Positions 39,112-54,029 are shown, counted from the first letter of the whole stretch. The stretch is 63,809 nt of DNA, filler included, from Microthyrium microscopicum (GCA_010405405.1; 8 parts of 5 records of this genome joined end to end with filler, not necessarily neighbours in it), one strand, 5' to 3'. Made by a program: numbers and translations. Notes: generated by a model not told the origin, from the sequence alone.

Positions 39112-42100
39112 NTAATAAATTATTAATAAGTATCTTAATAAGAATAAGTTAAATATAACTAATTATATTAAAAGTATATAGTTAAAAGATATTATTCTTC
39201 TTAACGTACTTATAATATTCTTAATATACTTTTTTACTAACTTAGAGTTATATATAGAAGAATAAGAGCTAAGTAGCTAGTAAGATAATTATATAAATAT
39301 ACTTACTAAAATTCTAAAATAGATTAAAGAACTAGTTAGTATACTTAAACCTTAACTAACTAAAAACTAGATTTAGTATATAATTAATTAATTAGCTAAT
39401 AAAATACCTATATTAGATTCTAATTATATAAATAGTATACTATAAATAAAGATTAACTATTAGTAAATAGCCTCTATTTAAAACTCTAGCACGAAATTAG
39501 AAAACTTATTATTAACTATACTAGGCGTAAAAAGGCATACCTAATAGATATAAATTACTATTTATTTCTATAGAGCTTAAGACTAAGTTAATATAGCCTT
39601 AGTAGTAAATAAGAGTTTAGTATATACGTAATAAAAATAAATATACGTTTAGATATAAAAACGTAGATAGATTTTTATAATATAAGATATATAACTATTT
39701 CTATATAATTTAAATTATTAACTTATTTATATATAAGTTATAATAAACTATTATATTATTCTATAAAATACCTTCTAGACCTAATTTCCTTAATATCCTT
39801 TACTTTATTAAACCTACCTCTATAGCTTTTATTATTTAATGTAATATCTTTTATATAGTACTTATAAATAGAAACCTTAACAAAGCCCTTAAAATTATAA
39901 TAGAATTAGTAGTATAGGTATTTATTATAGAAGTTAAGTAAATAATACTTAGTAAGCCTAGATAGAAGCTATCTAGATTTAAATAAACATAGTTAGTATA
40001 TAGAATATAGAGTAGTACTACTATATACTAGTACTATATAGAGACTATCCTTTATAGTAAGACCTTTCGCCTTAAGAAATAATATACTTATAAGTACTAT
40101 AGACTTAATGCTTCCTTAATTAATTATATATACTAGTCTCTTTAGCACGCTAATTTTAACGTAGCTAATAAAGTATATTTAATTAATATTCTAGGATCTA
40201 AAGGTTAATATAAGTAGCCTAGCTTTATTAATTAGCTCTTTTTAGACTTTTAAATATAGAGAGATTATCTAGGTCCTTTATTTAAAGTCTATTCTAGTTA
40301 ATATTTTCCTACTATACTTAAGAAAGTTAATAGGATGCCTAATTAAAAGGATTTTAGCTACTATAAATTTATTAAGATACTATATAGTATATTAAATAAC
40401 TAGAAACTAACTAGCCTTAACAAGTAGAATAAACTTAATATATAGTTAAGAGATACTATACTTTAAAAGGTATCTATTATACTAGATATTATACCTATTT
40501 ATAATAGTAGTAAGTTCCTTAAAATTATAAAGCTTAGTAAAGAAGCTAAGAAAACTAGATAATATATTCCTTATTCTTTTTAATTAGAGCTATTTTTTGC
40601 TATATATATTAACGTTCTTAATACTAACGCTTTTACTTTACTAAAAGAGACATACAATAACTTCTATATTATTATAGCTAGCAGATTAAATTAAGTAGTA
40701 ACTAACGCTATAATTACTAAGGCTAACAAAGCTAGTATACTTTTAGTTACTAATCTAAGACTTTTATCTTAACTAGAAGTAGTTAGTTTTAGTTAGAAGG
40801 ATTAGTATCTTTATTATTATTATAGTATATAATACTTATATAGTATATATAGGAGATTAGTACTATATAGTAAGTATCTTTAGTACTATAAAGCTATTAA
40901 TAATTTTATTCTTAGCTTAGACTACTAGTAAGATCTTTTTATAGCTAAACTAATTATATATCTATATACTATAAGTAATGTCTAATCTAGATAAGCTATA
41001 TAGTTTATTAAAATAAGTAACAATAATAACCTATTAAGAATAGTATTATCTATTAGTAGAAGCTATAGAGAATTAGATAACAATAAACCTAAGTTAACAT
41101 TTCCTAGAGATATAGATAATACATTAATAAATTTTAATAATACTAATTAATAAGATTCTAAGTCTACCTATTTAAACTAGACTTAATATAATAAAGTAGG
41201 TTACTAGCTAGGATTAGATAACTAAAATTATAAATATTTAATAGCTAGTAATTTATAGTATATATAATAGAACTTAGTTTAATAAGCATCTAGATTAGTA
41301 TTTATAACGAAAGAAGTAGAAAATATTATATTAATAAAAGATAATTTATATCTAACTAGTAACGAAAGGTTTACTAGTAAAGAAAGGTTTACTAAATTTA
41401 GTATACCTCTATTAGATTCGTAGATAGTCTATCATAGCTAATCTACTTAAAAGATTAATAATATTTAAATACCTAATAAAAACGTATTAAAATAACTAAA
41501 GCGTTAAAAATAATATACGTAAAAGAAAGGTAAGTTTATATATAATATATACGTAAATAGTATAGAATACTAAAATTAAATATTCTTTATATTAAGTATA
41601 AAATTTATTCTAAACTTTTAATATAGAACTCTAATTTACTATAAAGCAAATATATAACCTAAAATAATAACTTATATATATTTACTACTACTATATTAAG
41701 AGTTTAAAGTTAATAGAATATATAAAGCTAAACTCTCTAAAACTACTTCTTATCCCTATTATTAATATACTTAATACAAGTATTTTTAATTCCTTATTCT
41801 TCTAAAGTCTTAGGCAAAACCCTTTACTCCTTTATACTACTATAGACTTAATACTTCCTACTCTTACTTTTAAGTTAAATTATATACTAGATAACTAAAC
41901 GTAACCCTAAATACAAATATCTTTAATAATAAGTAGAGACTACTTAAGCTTAGTAAGAATAGCTTAGGTAGTACTTTTAATAAATAGAGGTTATATACCT
42001 AGATAAAATAATTATTTAAAATAAAGAAATTTACTTAATAAGAATTATAATACTAATAGTCATAATATTACATAGAAGCTATTTAAATTTATAACCCTAA

Positions 42101-42830
42101 AAAATAGTATTTCTAGTTAATATCTTAATAATACCTATTACTAGAGTAATAGAATAACTATAAGTATTAATAGACGAGATTAAGCTATTTTACTATTATT
42201 AGCTATAAGATTAGACAAATCTAGTTAGATAAAAATATATATAGATAAAAATTAATAACCTACTTATTAAATAATAGGGTAATAGTAAAATATAATATCT
42301 AGTAGCTTTTGCGTAGTAGTAGAAATATTAGCTAATATATTACGACTAGTACTAATGTAAAAGGAACCTAAAAGATTTACTACTAAATAGGCTATATTAG
42401 AAATAATTAATAGTAAGATAAATAATAACGTAGAAATACGTAGTATAAAGCAATAAAAGACTAATTATACTTACTTCTTTATAAGAGATAACTAATAACT
42501 AATAAATATATAGTAAGTCTAACTAACTAGTAGAACTAGGTTATTATATAACTTAAGGAAGTAAAGTTTAACTATAATAATACTATAATAATATTACGCT
42601 TAAAGGACATACTTCTAGATATCTTCTCTTATAAATAGGTCTTAAAAGTTTTAAAATATTAGCAAATTATTTAAGAGTAGTAAATATAAAGATATATTAG
42701 ACGTTAATAACGTAGGTAATAAAACTAAACTAGAAAATAGTAAAAGTAGCATTAAGCTAAGTAGTAAAGAAGAGAGTAGACTAAATAGTATAGAAGAATA
42801 TAAAGTCTCTAATAATTTTATAGTAGATAT
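39112..42830 (-). pseudogene. Probable RIPed coding region(s) of unknown function
   Basis: Minus strand gives plausible de-RIPed protein text (YFMERYNSL, FRAGVLDGGRLPTVDLH, S/P-rich stretch near 42700). No family recognised. Confidence 0.3.
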
Positions 42831-44456
42831 NNNNNNNNNNTAGATAACTAAAATTATAAATATCTAATAGCTAGTAATTTATAGTATATATAATAGGACT
42901 TAGTCTAATAAGTATCTAGATTAGTACTTATAATAAAAGAAGTAGAAAATATTATATTAATAAAAGATAATTTATATTTAATTAGTAATAAAAGGTTTAC
43001 TAGTAAAGAAAGGTTTACTAAATCTAGTATACTTCTATTAGATTTATAGATAGTTTATTATAGCTAATCTACTTAAAAGATTAATAATATTTAAATATCT
43101 AATAAAGACGTATTAAAATAACTAAGGCACTAAAAATAATATATATAAAAGAAAGATAAGTTTATATATAATATATATATAAATAGTATAGAATACTAAA
43201 ATTAAATATTCTTTATATTAAGTATAAAATTTATTTTAAACTTTTAATATAGAACTCTAATTTACTATAAAGTAAATATATAACCTAAAATAATAATTTA
43301 TATATATTTACTACTACTATATTAAGAGTTTAAAGTTAATAGAATATATAAAGCTAAACTCCCTAAAACTACCTTCTATCCCTATTACTAATATACTTAA
43401 TATAAGTATTTTTAATTCCTTATTTCTCTAAAGTCTTAAGTAAAACTCTTTACTCTCTTATATTACTATAGACTTAATACTTTCTAGTTTTATCTTTAAG
43501 TTAAATTATATACTAGATAACTAAATATAATCCTAAGTATAAATATCTTTAATAATAAGTAGAAACTATATAGGCTTAGTAAGAATAGCTTAGGTAGTGC
43601 TTTTAATAAATAGAAATTATATATCTAGACAAAATAATTATTTAAAATAAGGAAATTTACTTAATAAGAATTATAATACTAGTAGTTATAATATTATATA
43701 GAAGCTATTTAAATTTATAATCCTAAAAAATAGTATTTTTAGTTAATATCCTAATAATATATATTACTAAAATAATAGGATAACTATAAGTATTAATAGA
43801 TAAAATTAAGCTATTTTACTATTATTAGTTATAAGAATAAGTAAATCTAGTTAGATAAAGGTATATATAAGTAAAAATTAATAACCTACTTATTAGATAA
43901 TAGAGTAATAGCAAAATATAATATTTAGTAGCTTTTACGTAGTAGTAGAAATATTAGCTAATATATTATAACTAGTACTAATGTAAAAAAAACCTAAAAG
44001 ATTTACTACTAAATAAGCTATATTAGAAATAGTTAATAGCAAAATAAATAATAATATAAAAATATATAGTATAAAGTAATAGAAGACTAATTATACTTAC
44101 TTCCTTATAAGAAATAACTAATAACTAATAAATATATAGTAAGTCTAACTAATTAGTAGAACTAAGTTATTATATAACTTAAGAAAGTAAAGTTTAACTA
44201 TAATAATACTATAATAATATTACGCTTAAAGAATATACTTCTAGGTATCTTCTTCTATAAATAGGTCTTAAAAGTTTTAAAATATTAGTAAATTACTTAA
44301 AAGTAGTAAATATAAAAATATATTAAACGTTAATAACGTAGGTAATAAAACTAAACTAAAAGATAGTAAAAGTAGCATTAAGCTAAGTAGTAAAGAAGAG
44401 AGTAGACTAAATAGTATAGAAAAATATAAAGTCTTTAATAATTTTATAGTAAGTAT
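41215..44456 (+). repeat. 1616-bp direct duplication across a 10-N gap
   Basis: 41215-42830 matches 42841-44456 with many transition differences. Confidence 0.9.
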
Positions 44457-44929
44457 ATAAATCTAAATATAATTAGATTAAATATACCTAAATATAACTA
44501 GATAATCTAAATATTAATAAACCTAATCTTTCTAATAACTCTTAAACTAATATTATAAAAGACTATAAAATAATCTTAATTAATAATAATAATACTAGTA
44601 AAGTAGATAACTCTAATAATAATAATAAATAATATATACTATAAAAACTATAATTAATCTAAAAATATTATATAAACTAAAACTATAAGCTACTTTCTCT
44701 ATATATAGATTCTATAATAATCTAAAAATAAATAGATAACTCTATTAAAAAAGAGTTAGATATAAATAAATTAATTAGAAATAAAACTAATATACCTATA
44801 TATATAATAGGACATCTATAGCTATAATANNNNNNNNNNNNNNNNNNNNNNNNNNNNNNNNNNNNNNNNNNNNTTAATTAATTAANNNNNNNNNNNNNNN
44901 NNNNNNNNNNNNNNNNNNNNNNNNNNNNN

Positions 44930-47102
44930 TATAAAAAAAGTAAAAAAATAGCGTAAGATTAGTATTAAGATAGTTAGTACTATTATATAATAATTCTATA
45001 GAGCTAAATTATATATAAGTTTATCTTCTCTTATTAAATTAAGTATAACTAATACAATTAGGCAATAGAATTATAATAGAAAAGATTTAGTAAAATAAGA
45101 TTTTTTAGTATTAAGGAAGAGTAGGACTATAACTCTAATCTAGCTATTATATCTAAGTAGCACTAAGCTAGTTTATATAGTAAGTAGTACGCGTATCTAA
45201 GTCTTCTTAAGCTACTCTATAGCTATGTCTAGAATTAAGTTAATAAAGAAATAATTTTTTTTTAGCTATTTTATAAAAAAAGGAAAAAATATTATTTATA
45301 ATTATCTAAAAAATTTTATATAACTTAAAATTATATAGAATTTATAGTAATTATTTAAGCTTATACTATATAGTAGTTTTATACTTATATAGTCTTACTA
45401 TACTAAATCTTAATAATTTAATAGTAAGTATTACTTTAGAAATAACGTCCTACTACTATAGAGTAAGTCTTTTTAGTTAAAAGGCTCTCTCTATTTCTTA
45501 ATCTTATATTCTCTAATATAGTATACTTCTATAGCCGTCTAATTTAAATATAAAGCCTACTATACTATTCTTTCCTTAGAACTACTTAAGAAAATACGTA
45601 TAGTAAAATACCTTATAGTAAAATACTTAGTATTTTTCTTATAATATACGCTCTATAGATAACTTATTAGAATATATTAAGATATCTACTCTTTAATAAG
45701 GAGATGCCTTATATAAGGGATTAAGATATTATTTATTAAAATATATTAAGGTATCTACCCTTTATAAGAAAATACTTTATATAAGGGATTAAAATATTAT
45801 TTATTAGAATACATTAAAGTATCTATTTTTTATAAAGAGATACCTTATATAAGAAATTAAGATATTATTTTACTTATTATATATATTTATTTTAGTAAAA
45901 TAAAAAGAATAACTTATAGTTACTTTTTAAAGTACTATTTAATAATTACTTAGCTTTAAGGTAGCTAAAACTAGTAGATATTACTAGTCTAACCTATCTC
46001 TATAACCTAGTCTAGTTTTCTAAATATATAGGTATTAACTAGCTAGAATAGCTATAAAGCCTTTCTATTACTAAGTAGTATTATTTAATACTATATATTA
46101 CTTAAGTAAGTAGAACTTTCTATAATAAAGCTTATTAAGTAGTATATTTATACTAATACTTAGTAAAATTACTATAAGAGCATCTTAATAGATCTTAATT
46201 AATATTAGAACTCTTTTAAGATAATAATATTATAATAATCTTTATAACTATTTATACTTTAGTATTTATTATTAGAAATATTTTATTATACTTCGTTAAT
46301 TACTCTTCTCTAATATACTTTTTAAAGAAAATTAAAATAGTAAGATATTTTTTATATTAATTTTTTTCTTTTAAAAAAAAGTCTTAATATCTTTAACGTT
46401 AATACGTTCTATATTAATATATTATATTACGTTAAATTAATTTATAATAATATAAATAGTTTTTAACTATTAATTAATTAGTATTTTAGTTATACTAAAT
46501 ACTATAACTACTTACTACTTAGAGATACTATATATAGAATATAAATAATATTACTACTCTTTATTAGTTATAGCCTACTATAGACTACTATCTATAATAG
46601 GCTTATTAATAATAACTAATTACCTCCTTATTTAGAGATTTTATCTTATAAATAGGCTTACTAGTTATAATAAAGTAATTCTAGTATACCTTTTAAGTCT
46701 AATTTTATTTTTTCTTTACCTATTTTTCTAATAATACTCTCCTAAGGCTATAATTCTATATAACCTATTATACTTACGTAGTAGTTATACTTTAAGTTAG
46801 GGTATAGTAATTAGGTTATTCTATATATTAGAGGAGCTTACGTTTTATAATATAGAGGAAAGTTAGTTAAAAACTAGTATATTATTTAAATACTATCTAA
46901 ACTAAATACTAGTAAGTTAGCAATTAAGAGGAAGGTTACTTAAAAACTAAAGCTAACTACTATAATTTTTTACTATAATTTTTAATTAAACTAGGCTATA
47001 TAAAGACTTTCTAATATTATTATAGCCTTATTATTATTATATATAGAGATAATTCTACATAATACCTTATATCCTTAAGAAGTATAAGTACTATATTAAG
47101 AA
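44930..47102 (+). repeat. Interspersed repeat copy B (contains the empty SINE target site at 46232-46250)
   Basis: Collinear with 12288-13614 joined directly to 14848-15699. Confidence 0.9.
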
Positions 47103-47202
47103 NNNNNNNNNNNNNNNNNNNNNNNNNNNNNNNNNNNNNNNNNNNNTTAATTAATTAANNNNNNNNNNNNNNNNNNNNNNNNNNNNNNNNNNNNNNNNNN
47201 NN

Positions 47203-48520
47203 GACTATAAGTATAATATTAAATTATATAATAAAGAGCTAGTTAAAAACTATAACTATAAAATATACTACTATTATAGTACCTAAATATACCTTCTAGT
47301 ATAACTATAGTAGGAAGGAATATATATATAATAAAGAGCTATATTAAAACTATAACCCTAAAATTTACTATAAATATAATAGCTAAAAATATATAGAATA
47401 GGTAGAATTATATAGATAATAAAGGACTATATAAAACCTATAACCCTAAAATATACAACTATTATAATAGCTAAAAAAGTCTAGTAAGGAAATAATAAGG
47501 AGGAATATATATCTAAATAAAGGGCTATATAAAGATTATAACCCTAAAATAACTAAATTTATATATAGGAAAAATAGCTCTAGGAAAAGAATAGTAGAGA
47601 GGAATATATACCTAATAAAGGGCTATATAAAGACTATAACTTTAAAATAACTAAATATTTATAGAGTTGTAACCTTTATTTAATAATTTAAAGTTAAAAC
47701 TTACTTCTTAATATTTCTAGGTTGTAGCTTTTAGATAGTGCCTTTAATATAGAGTATATTATTAGAAATATTTATTTATTTAAGCTAGTAAAGCCCCCTT
47801 TATTACTTATTATTATTATAATAAGAAGTAGCTATATATATTTAATTTACTTATTACTTTCTAAAATAGTAGTTTGCTATAAGGCTTAGCGTTATGAAAT
47901 ATCTAACCTACGTAATTCCTATTATACCTACTTAAAGTAGTATATACTAGGTATTATATTAGGTAATTATAGGTTATAAAACCTTAGAAACATTAATAGG
48001 GCTAGGATTAAGCTAAAAACCTCTAACTATTTAGTCTTAATTTTTTCTAAATCTTCTTTAAACTACTCTATTATTTATTTCTATATTTTGGCCTATATTA
48101 ATTTCTTAGGTTATAGTTTTTAGTAGCCTTTTATAGCTCTTCTACCTACTTTACTGCTTATCTTTAAGTTACTAATAAAATGTATAATAATTCCTACTTA
48201 TTTCCTAGATTATATATTTTAGTAGCTTCTTAACTATTCTAGTAGCTTCTTTCCTATACTTCCTAGGGTATAGTCTCTAGTAGGCTATTAATATTTTACT
48301 AGCTTCTTTTTTCTATTTCCTAGGTTATAGTCTTTAGTAGGCTATTAGTATTTTACTAGCTTTTTCTCTCTACTTCTTAGGTTATAGTTTTTAGTAGCCT
48401 ATTAGTATTTTACTAGCTTTTTCCTTCTACTTCCTAGGTTATAGTTTTTAGTAGCCTATTAGTATTTTACTAGCTTTTTTTATCTACTTCCTAGGTTATA
48501 GTTTGTAATAAGCTCTTAGC
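47203..48520. repeat. Oppositely oriented arrays of the AAAACTATAACC(C)TAGG motif
   Basis: About 7 copies read ACTATAACCCTAAAA on + at 47203-47650. About 8 copies read CCTAGGTTATAGTTTT (~57-bp period in the core) at 48025-48520. Confidence 0.85.
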
Positions 48521-48615
48521 TACTATTCCCTTTTATTCCTACCTCTTTTTAGTTATTATTTTCTTAGTTATATTTTATTTAGATAAGTAGGTAGTTCTTT
48601 ATTATACTTAGCAAA

Positions 48616-49734
48616 ATGTCTAGTAATAACTACTCTTCTATAAGTATAGCTAAAAGTATATAAGGTTAGCTAGTAACTACTATAAAGAAGGTAAATATAA
48701 CTAGTAAAAAGACTAAAGCTTTAGATAAGAAGGTTAAGTCTAACACTACTAGATTAATTATTAACGTTAAACTAACTAAAGAGTAGACTAAAGTGACTAA
48801 AGCTAAATCTACTAAAGCTAAGGTTATAAAGAATAATAGCTAAAAAGTTTAGATAGAACGAATTGCTAAAATATTAACTATATTATAAGATAAGCGTAGT
48901 TTAGTATCTATCCTTTTACTACTAATAACTCCTACTAGTTCTATATAAGTAATAATTATTAATAATATTAGTAGTATTATTCCTTTAGCTATACGTAGAT
49001 TATAGCTACTACCTCTAATACCTTATAACTAAATTAACTATATTTTTATCTCTTTAGTATACTAGGATACTATCTTTTTAACTATATAATTAGACTAAGA
49101 ATTTAGATTTCTATATCTATTATCTAACTCTCTAATAGTCCTTTAACTAGATTATTTTAATATCTATACTAATATATAAAATTTTATTAAATACCTCTTT
49201 AGAATAGACAGTATAATTAAAAGAGTACGACTCTATAACTAATAGTATAAGCTAATTTATATTTATAGCGTATTATATTATATTAAGATTACTTAGGCTA
49301 TTTACTCTAAGTATAAAGTATTAGTTAAAAAGGTAGTAAATAATATATCTTTTAAGATAGCTTAAGGTATAAAATATAGTAATAACTAGGCCTTATAGAA
49401 AAGATAGAAAGATTGCTTTTATTAAAAAGCGTTAAATTTTAGAACTAAGTAGAAGTTTAAATAGAACCCTAATTTTCTTATAAAGCTTATAGTAACTAGG
49501 GAATTAAAGATTAAATTTACTAGACTTAATAAGGTTAATATAGTTAGCCTTAATTAAGATGCTATAATCTATTATCCTATTATACTATTATAGCTTAGTA
49601 ATAATATATATAAAGTAGCTATTATCTTTATTAGATATAAAGAAGCTTGTTGTCTATAGTTTAAGGAGGAAGCTATAGCTAAAAAATAAGAAGAAGAAGA
49701 AGTAGTAGCTATAGAGAATAGAGAAATTATCTAA
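48616..49734 (+). pseudogene. Low-complexity N-terminus + NADAR/YbiA-like C-terminal domain relic
   Basis: ATG at 48616, one frame. De-RIPed: FGFLHPLSN; K.L.K.V; W...W; KFKQNP.FL.KLM.TG (49453); IEFAGPD; WLGDN.YG.A....R (49591). This resembles the NADAR pattern KF.QN..L...L..TG...EAS..D..WG.G...G.N.LG..LM..R, but the EAS/WG segment is divergent. Confidence 0.5.
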
Positions 49735-50844
49735 ATCCTCTCTTTTATAGTAACTAAGATATACTTATATTATATAATTTATAGTAACTATAATTCTAAC
49801 CTAACTATATAATATCTTATCTTTATTATAATAAGTATAAAAAACTAAATAATAATAATATTAATAATTATAATAACTATATTAGTAATAATAGATAAAT
49901 AAAAAAAGAAACGAAAAGAATAAATAATAAAAGTTAGTTAGTATATAGAAAGAGTTATAAGGCGGATAATATATAGTAGTAAACTACTTAGCCCTATTAA
50001 TTAAATATAAAAATTTGTACTATACTTATATATTATTTAATAGCGATTAACCTATTATTTATCCTAATAATACTATTATATAAGAATAATATAAATTTAA
50101 TATATTAAATATCTTCTTAAGAATTAGTAATAAGTTTTAAATCCGTTAGAGAGAATATTGCTATCTAGAAGGATAATATAACTTACTATAGAATATAACT
50201 TTAGAATTATAAATACTTAAATAAAATAAGATATAGAGTAGATTTAAATTACTAATAGATATATACTATTTAGAGTCTATAACCCTAGAATATAGGTCTT
50301 ATACTATAATTATATATAGTTATTCTTAATACTATAAATCTAGTACGCTAATACTTAGCTTTTACTATCTTATATTTTTATACTCTTATATTCTAGTATA
50401 GGTAAGGGTAACTACTATTATACTCTATCTTACTCTATATCTATATTAAAATACTACTATCTACTTAATATATTATACCTTCTCTTTTTAGGGATTATTT
50501 ACTAAGTTTTTAAATATTAGAAGGTATATATTAATATCTAGTAAAATATTTATTTATAGGTCTATTAAAAAAGTATAAAGCATTTTAAGTTTATAGTTTC
50601 TTTATCATTTTTTTATAATTCTTTATAAATTCTAAAGTTTAGTTTAAGTAGATAGGCTTTAAAATTCCTAAGTTATAGTCTATAGCTAGCCTATTATATA
50701 TATTTAAAACCTTCCTACTAAAGTTATTACTCTATACTTCTTTTTAACTCTTTCCTACTACCTTATTATCTATTTTAAACCTAATATTAATTAATAAAAC
50801 TATATTTACTCTATATTATCTACTTTCTATAGTCCTAGCTAAAA

Positions 50845-51280
50845 TCCCTAGGCTATATATTTTAGGTATTCTATTACTTAGCCTACCTCTTCTAATTTTA
50901 TATCCTAATTTCTTAGGTTATAGTTTTTAAGTTTCCTTTACTTAGGTTTTCCTTTTCTCTTACTTAGCCTAATTTCCTAAGTTATAGTTCTTAGCTATCC
51001 CTTATTTAATTTTATATTTTCTCCTCTTATAGCCTAATTTCCTAAGTTATAAATCTTAAGTATCTCTTATTTAATTTTGTATTTTCCTCTCTTATAGCCT
51101 AGTTTCCTAGATTATAAATCTTAGTTATCTCTTCTTTAAGTTTATATTTTTCTCTCTTATAGCCTAGTTTCTTAAGTTACAAATCTTAGTTATTCTTTCT
51201 TTAAGTTTATATTTTTCTCTCTTATAGCCTAATTTCCTAGATTATAAATTTTAGCTATTCTTTTACTAAATTATAGTTTC
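50845..51280. repeat. ~7 x 64-66-bp tandem repeat containing the CCTAGGTTATAG motif
   Basis: TTATAGCCTAATTTCCTAAGTTATAAATCTTAG.. recurs at ~50900, 50965, 51030, 51095, 51160 and 51225. Confidence 0.85.
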
Positions 51281-51299
51281 CTATAAAATATACGTTCTC

Positions 51300-53851
51300 T
51301 ATTATACGTATAGTAGTAAATGTAAATAACTCTAAAGATAATAATAAATTAGTAATATTTTATTTAGGCCTAAGTTAGTAACCTATATATTAAATAGCTT
51401 ATAAAACTCTATTAGCTAGTAGTATATAACTTATAGTAAAAGTAGCTTATAAAGCTTTAGTAGGTAGTAGAATGTAACCTATAGGTAAAAAGCTTTGTAA
51501 ATCTTTACTAAATACTATTTTTAATATTATATTAAAACTAGATAAAGCTATAAAGAAAATATATAGAAAAATAAAATTCTTAATAAAAAAGGTAAAGGAC
51601 CTTAGTATAATACTAGAATGAGAAAATATAAATTAAAAGTAATCTTAAGAAAGTAAGCTAGGTATAGTAAATAAATATCTTAATATAATTAAGGTTAAGT
51701 ACCTAGACCTTAAAATTACTAAAAGTAATAATAAGCTTAAAATTTAAGTAACTAAGAGAAACCTATACTAAATAACTAAATGCAAATATTAATTATATTA
51801 AAGTTCTAATAAGGATAAATATAAAGATAATACTAATTATTAACTAGATAAACCCTTTTGTAAGCATAAGTAAGCTACTTAGTAAACTAATTATACTAAC
51901 GTAGATAAGGATAAAGATATTAATATAATAGGTATACCTTTAATATATAACTTAGCTAGCGTCGTAGTAGTTCCTAAACTTAGCTAACTTTCTATAGAAG
52001 ATTAGCTAAAAGGGTATATTAGTTACGTAAAAGTTACTATAAACGTACTATAACTCTATTTTTAGCATTATTCTTTCTATTAGTTTAGCTATATTAAATA
52101 TTACTATATATTAATTACTTATTCTAAATTATAAAAGCTATAGCTAAAAATAATTAAGTTTAAAGATTAATTAAAAATATATATATAGTCTAATAAATAG
52201 AAGGAGTCTATAGTAGTAAAAGGATATATAATGTTTAAAGTACTTAAAGGATTAGATAGTTTATACTAGTAGGTATATAGTAGCACCTTAAGTAATTAAG
52301 AGCTAGCTTTATATCTTAGTTTAGACTTACTATACGCTAAAGATTTAGAGGAGTTTATAATAATATAAGGTATATATTATCTAACCTATATTAACTTAGA
52401 CTTATTTACTAATAGTAATCTAGTATAAGCTAACGCTAGTATATATCTTTAGTTTATATAGATATTATAGAATATAGACGTAAAAGGCGTAACTAGGTAA
52501 GCTTACACTATATCTATAAAACTCTAAATTATCTCTATACTCTAGATTCTTTATAACTCTTTAGAAAATAATACTATTTAATAGTTAGTACTTAATACTT
52601 TATATTATTAATTTCCTATCTAGTACCTAAACTAGCTAGCTAATTATAAGTAAGACTATCCTATTAAGTTTAAAAATAGTAATAGGCTAAAACCTATAAA
52701 TCTAATTAAGTTAGTTATTTATATTCTTTACTACTTTATTTAAGCTAAATCTAAAATATTTAATAAGGTTTATTAATTTAAAGATATAAATATAATGTAT
52801 CTATATAGTATAAATTATATATATAGTATATCTATTAAGGATTAGAACTAAGTATTATTTACTCTTAATTATATTATTAATACTATTAAGAAAAATCTAT
52901 ACTTATTTCTAAATTAGAAATAGAAAATTGCTAAGTATAGTAAATTAGATCCTTTTAAGGATTACTAAACTATATAGAACCTTTTTACTACGTCCTATAG
53001 TAATATTAAACGCAATTTTGCTATATAGTAGTAAAAGGATCTATTTAGTATAAATAATAAAGATAATCTAGATAATAATAATATAACTTATATAGTTATA
53101 AATAATATTAAATATAAAGTAGTATTAGAAACTTTATATAGTAATAGTATTATTCTTAGAGTAGGCAGTATAGGTATTTTACTAGATAGTAATATACCTA
53201 ATATAGGCCTAAATTTAAAGAACTAGTTAATAGAGGAAATTTCTAAGATAGTATATACTATAAAAAATATAAAGAGTGCTATAAAAAAATAGCTTACTTA
53301 TTATTTCTAACCTATAGCTTGCGCGGCTATAATTAAGTAATTATTAGCTCTATAAGTTAAATAGGTTAGTCCTTTAGTTATAGATATATAGGAAGTTAAG
53401 TATTAGGCTAACGTTAAACGTATTTAGTATAGCTTAGGTCTTTCTAGTACTACTATTAATTACTATTCTTAACTTTTGTATTTAGATAAAGTAGTAACTA
53501 ATTAGTACGCTACTATAGTACGTAAGTTTAGTAAACTTATAATTAATTAAGCTATAGGTACTAAGATAAGTAATAAAGAAAAAATTATGCTTAACTAGAC
53601 TATTAGTTAATTAAAATTAGTAGTATAGAATATTATAGTATAGGAGATATTAGATTATACTATAAGTTTTAAAGTAGCTTTAAAAGTACTAGAACGAGAT
53701 ATACCTAATAATATTCTAAATACTTATTATTATACTATAGAAGAGGGTATATATCCTTTAGGAAACTATAAATTAGATAAGCTTAGCTATATAAATCTAT
53801 TTAATTATAGTAATAATCCTATAGTTACGCCCTTAGTCTCTTAAATAATTA
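51300..53851 (+). pseudogene. Long (~850 codon) single-frame RIPed ORF of unknown function, possibly the 5' exon of the SNF2 gene
   Basis: The same frame is protein-like at 51601 and 52981, and its stops are explicable as RIPed Gln/Trp/Arg codons. It ends at a GTAAGT donor-like site at 53852. Confidence 0.45.
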
Positions 53852-54029
53852 GTAAGTTTTTAACTTTATCCTTACCTTAGTAATACCTTACTAGTAAATA
53901 TACTACCTAGGAATATTAGAGTATATCTAGTATATATATTCTTAGGTTATATATTATATCTAGTCCTAGTAATATAAATTAAATTCTTCTTCTACTTTAC
54001 TTATAACTTATTACTAATTTTATATTTTA

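Noticed and set aside
47203..48520. CRISPR-like appearance of regularly spaced motifs
   Set aside because: The sequences between motifs are homologous to each other rather than unique spacers, the context is eukaryotic RIPed DNA, and there are no cas motifs.
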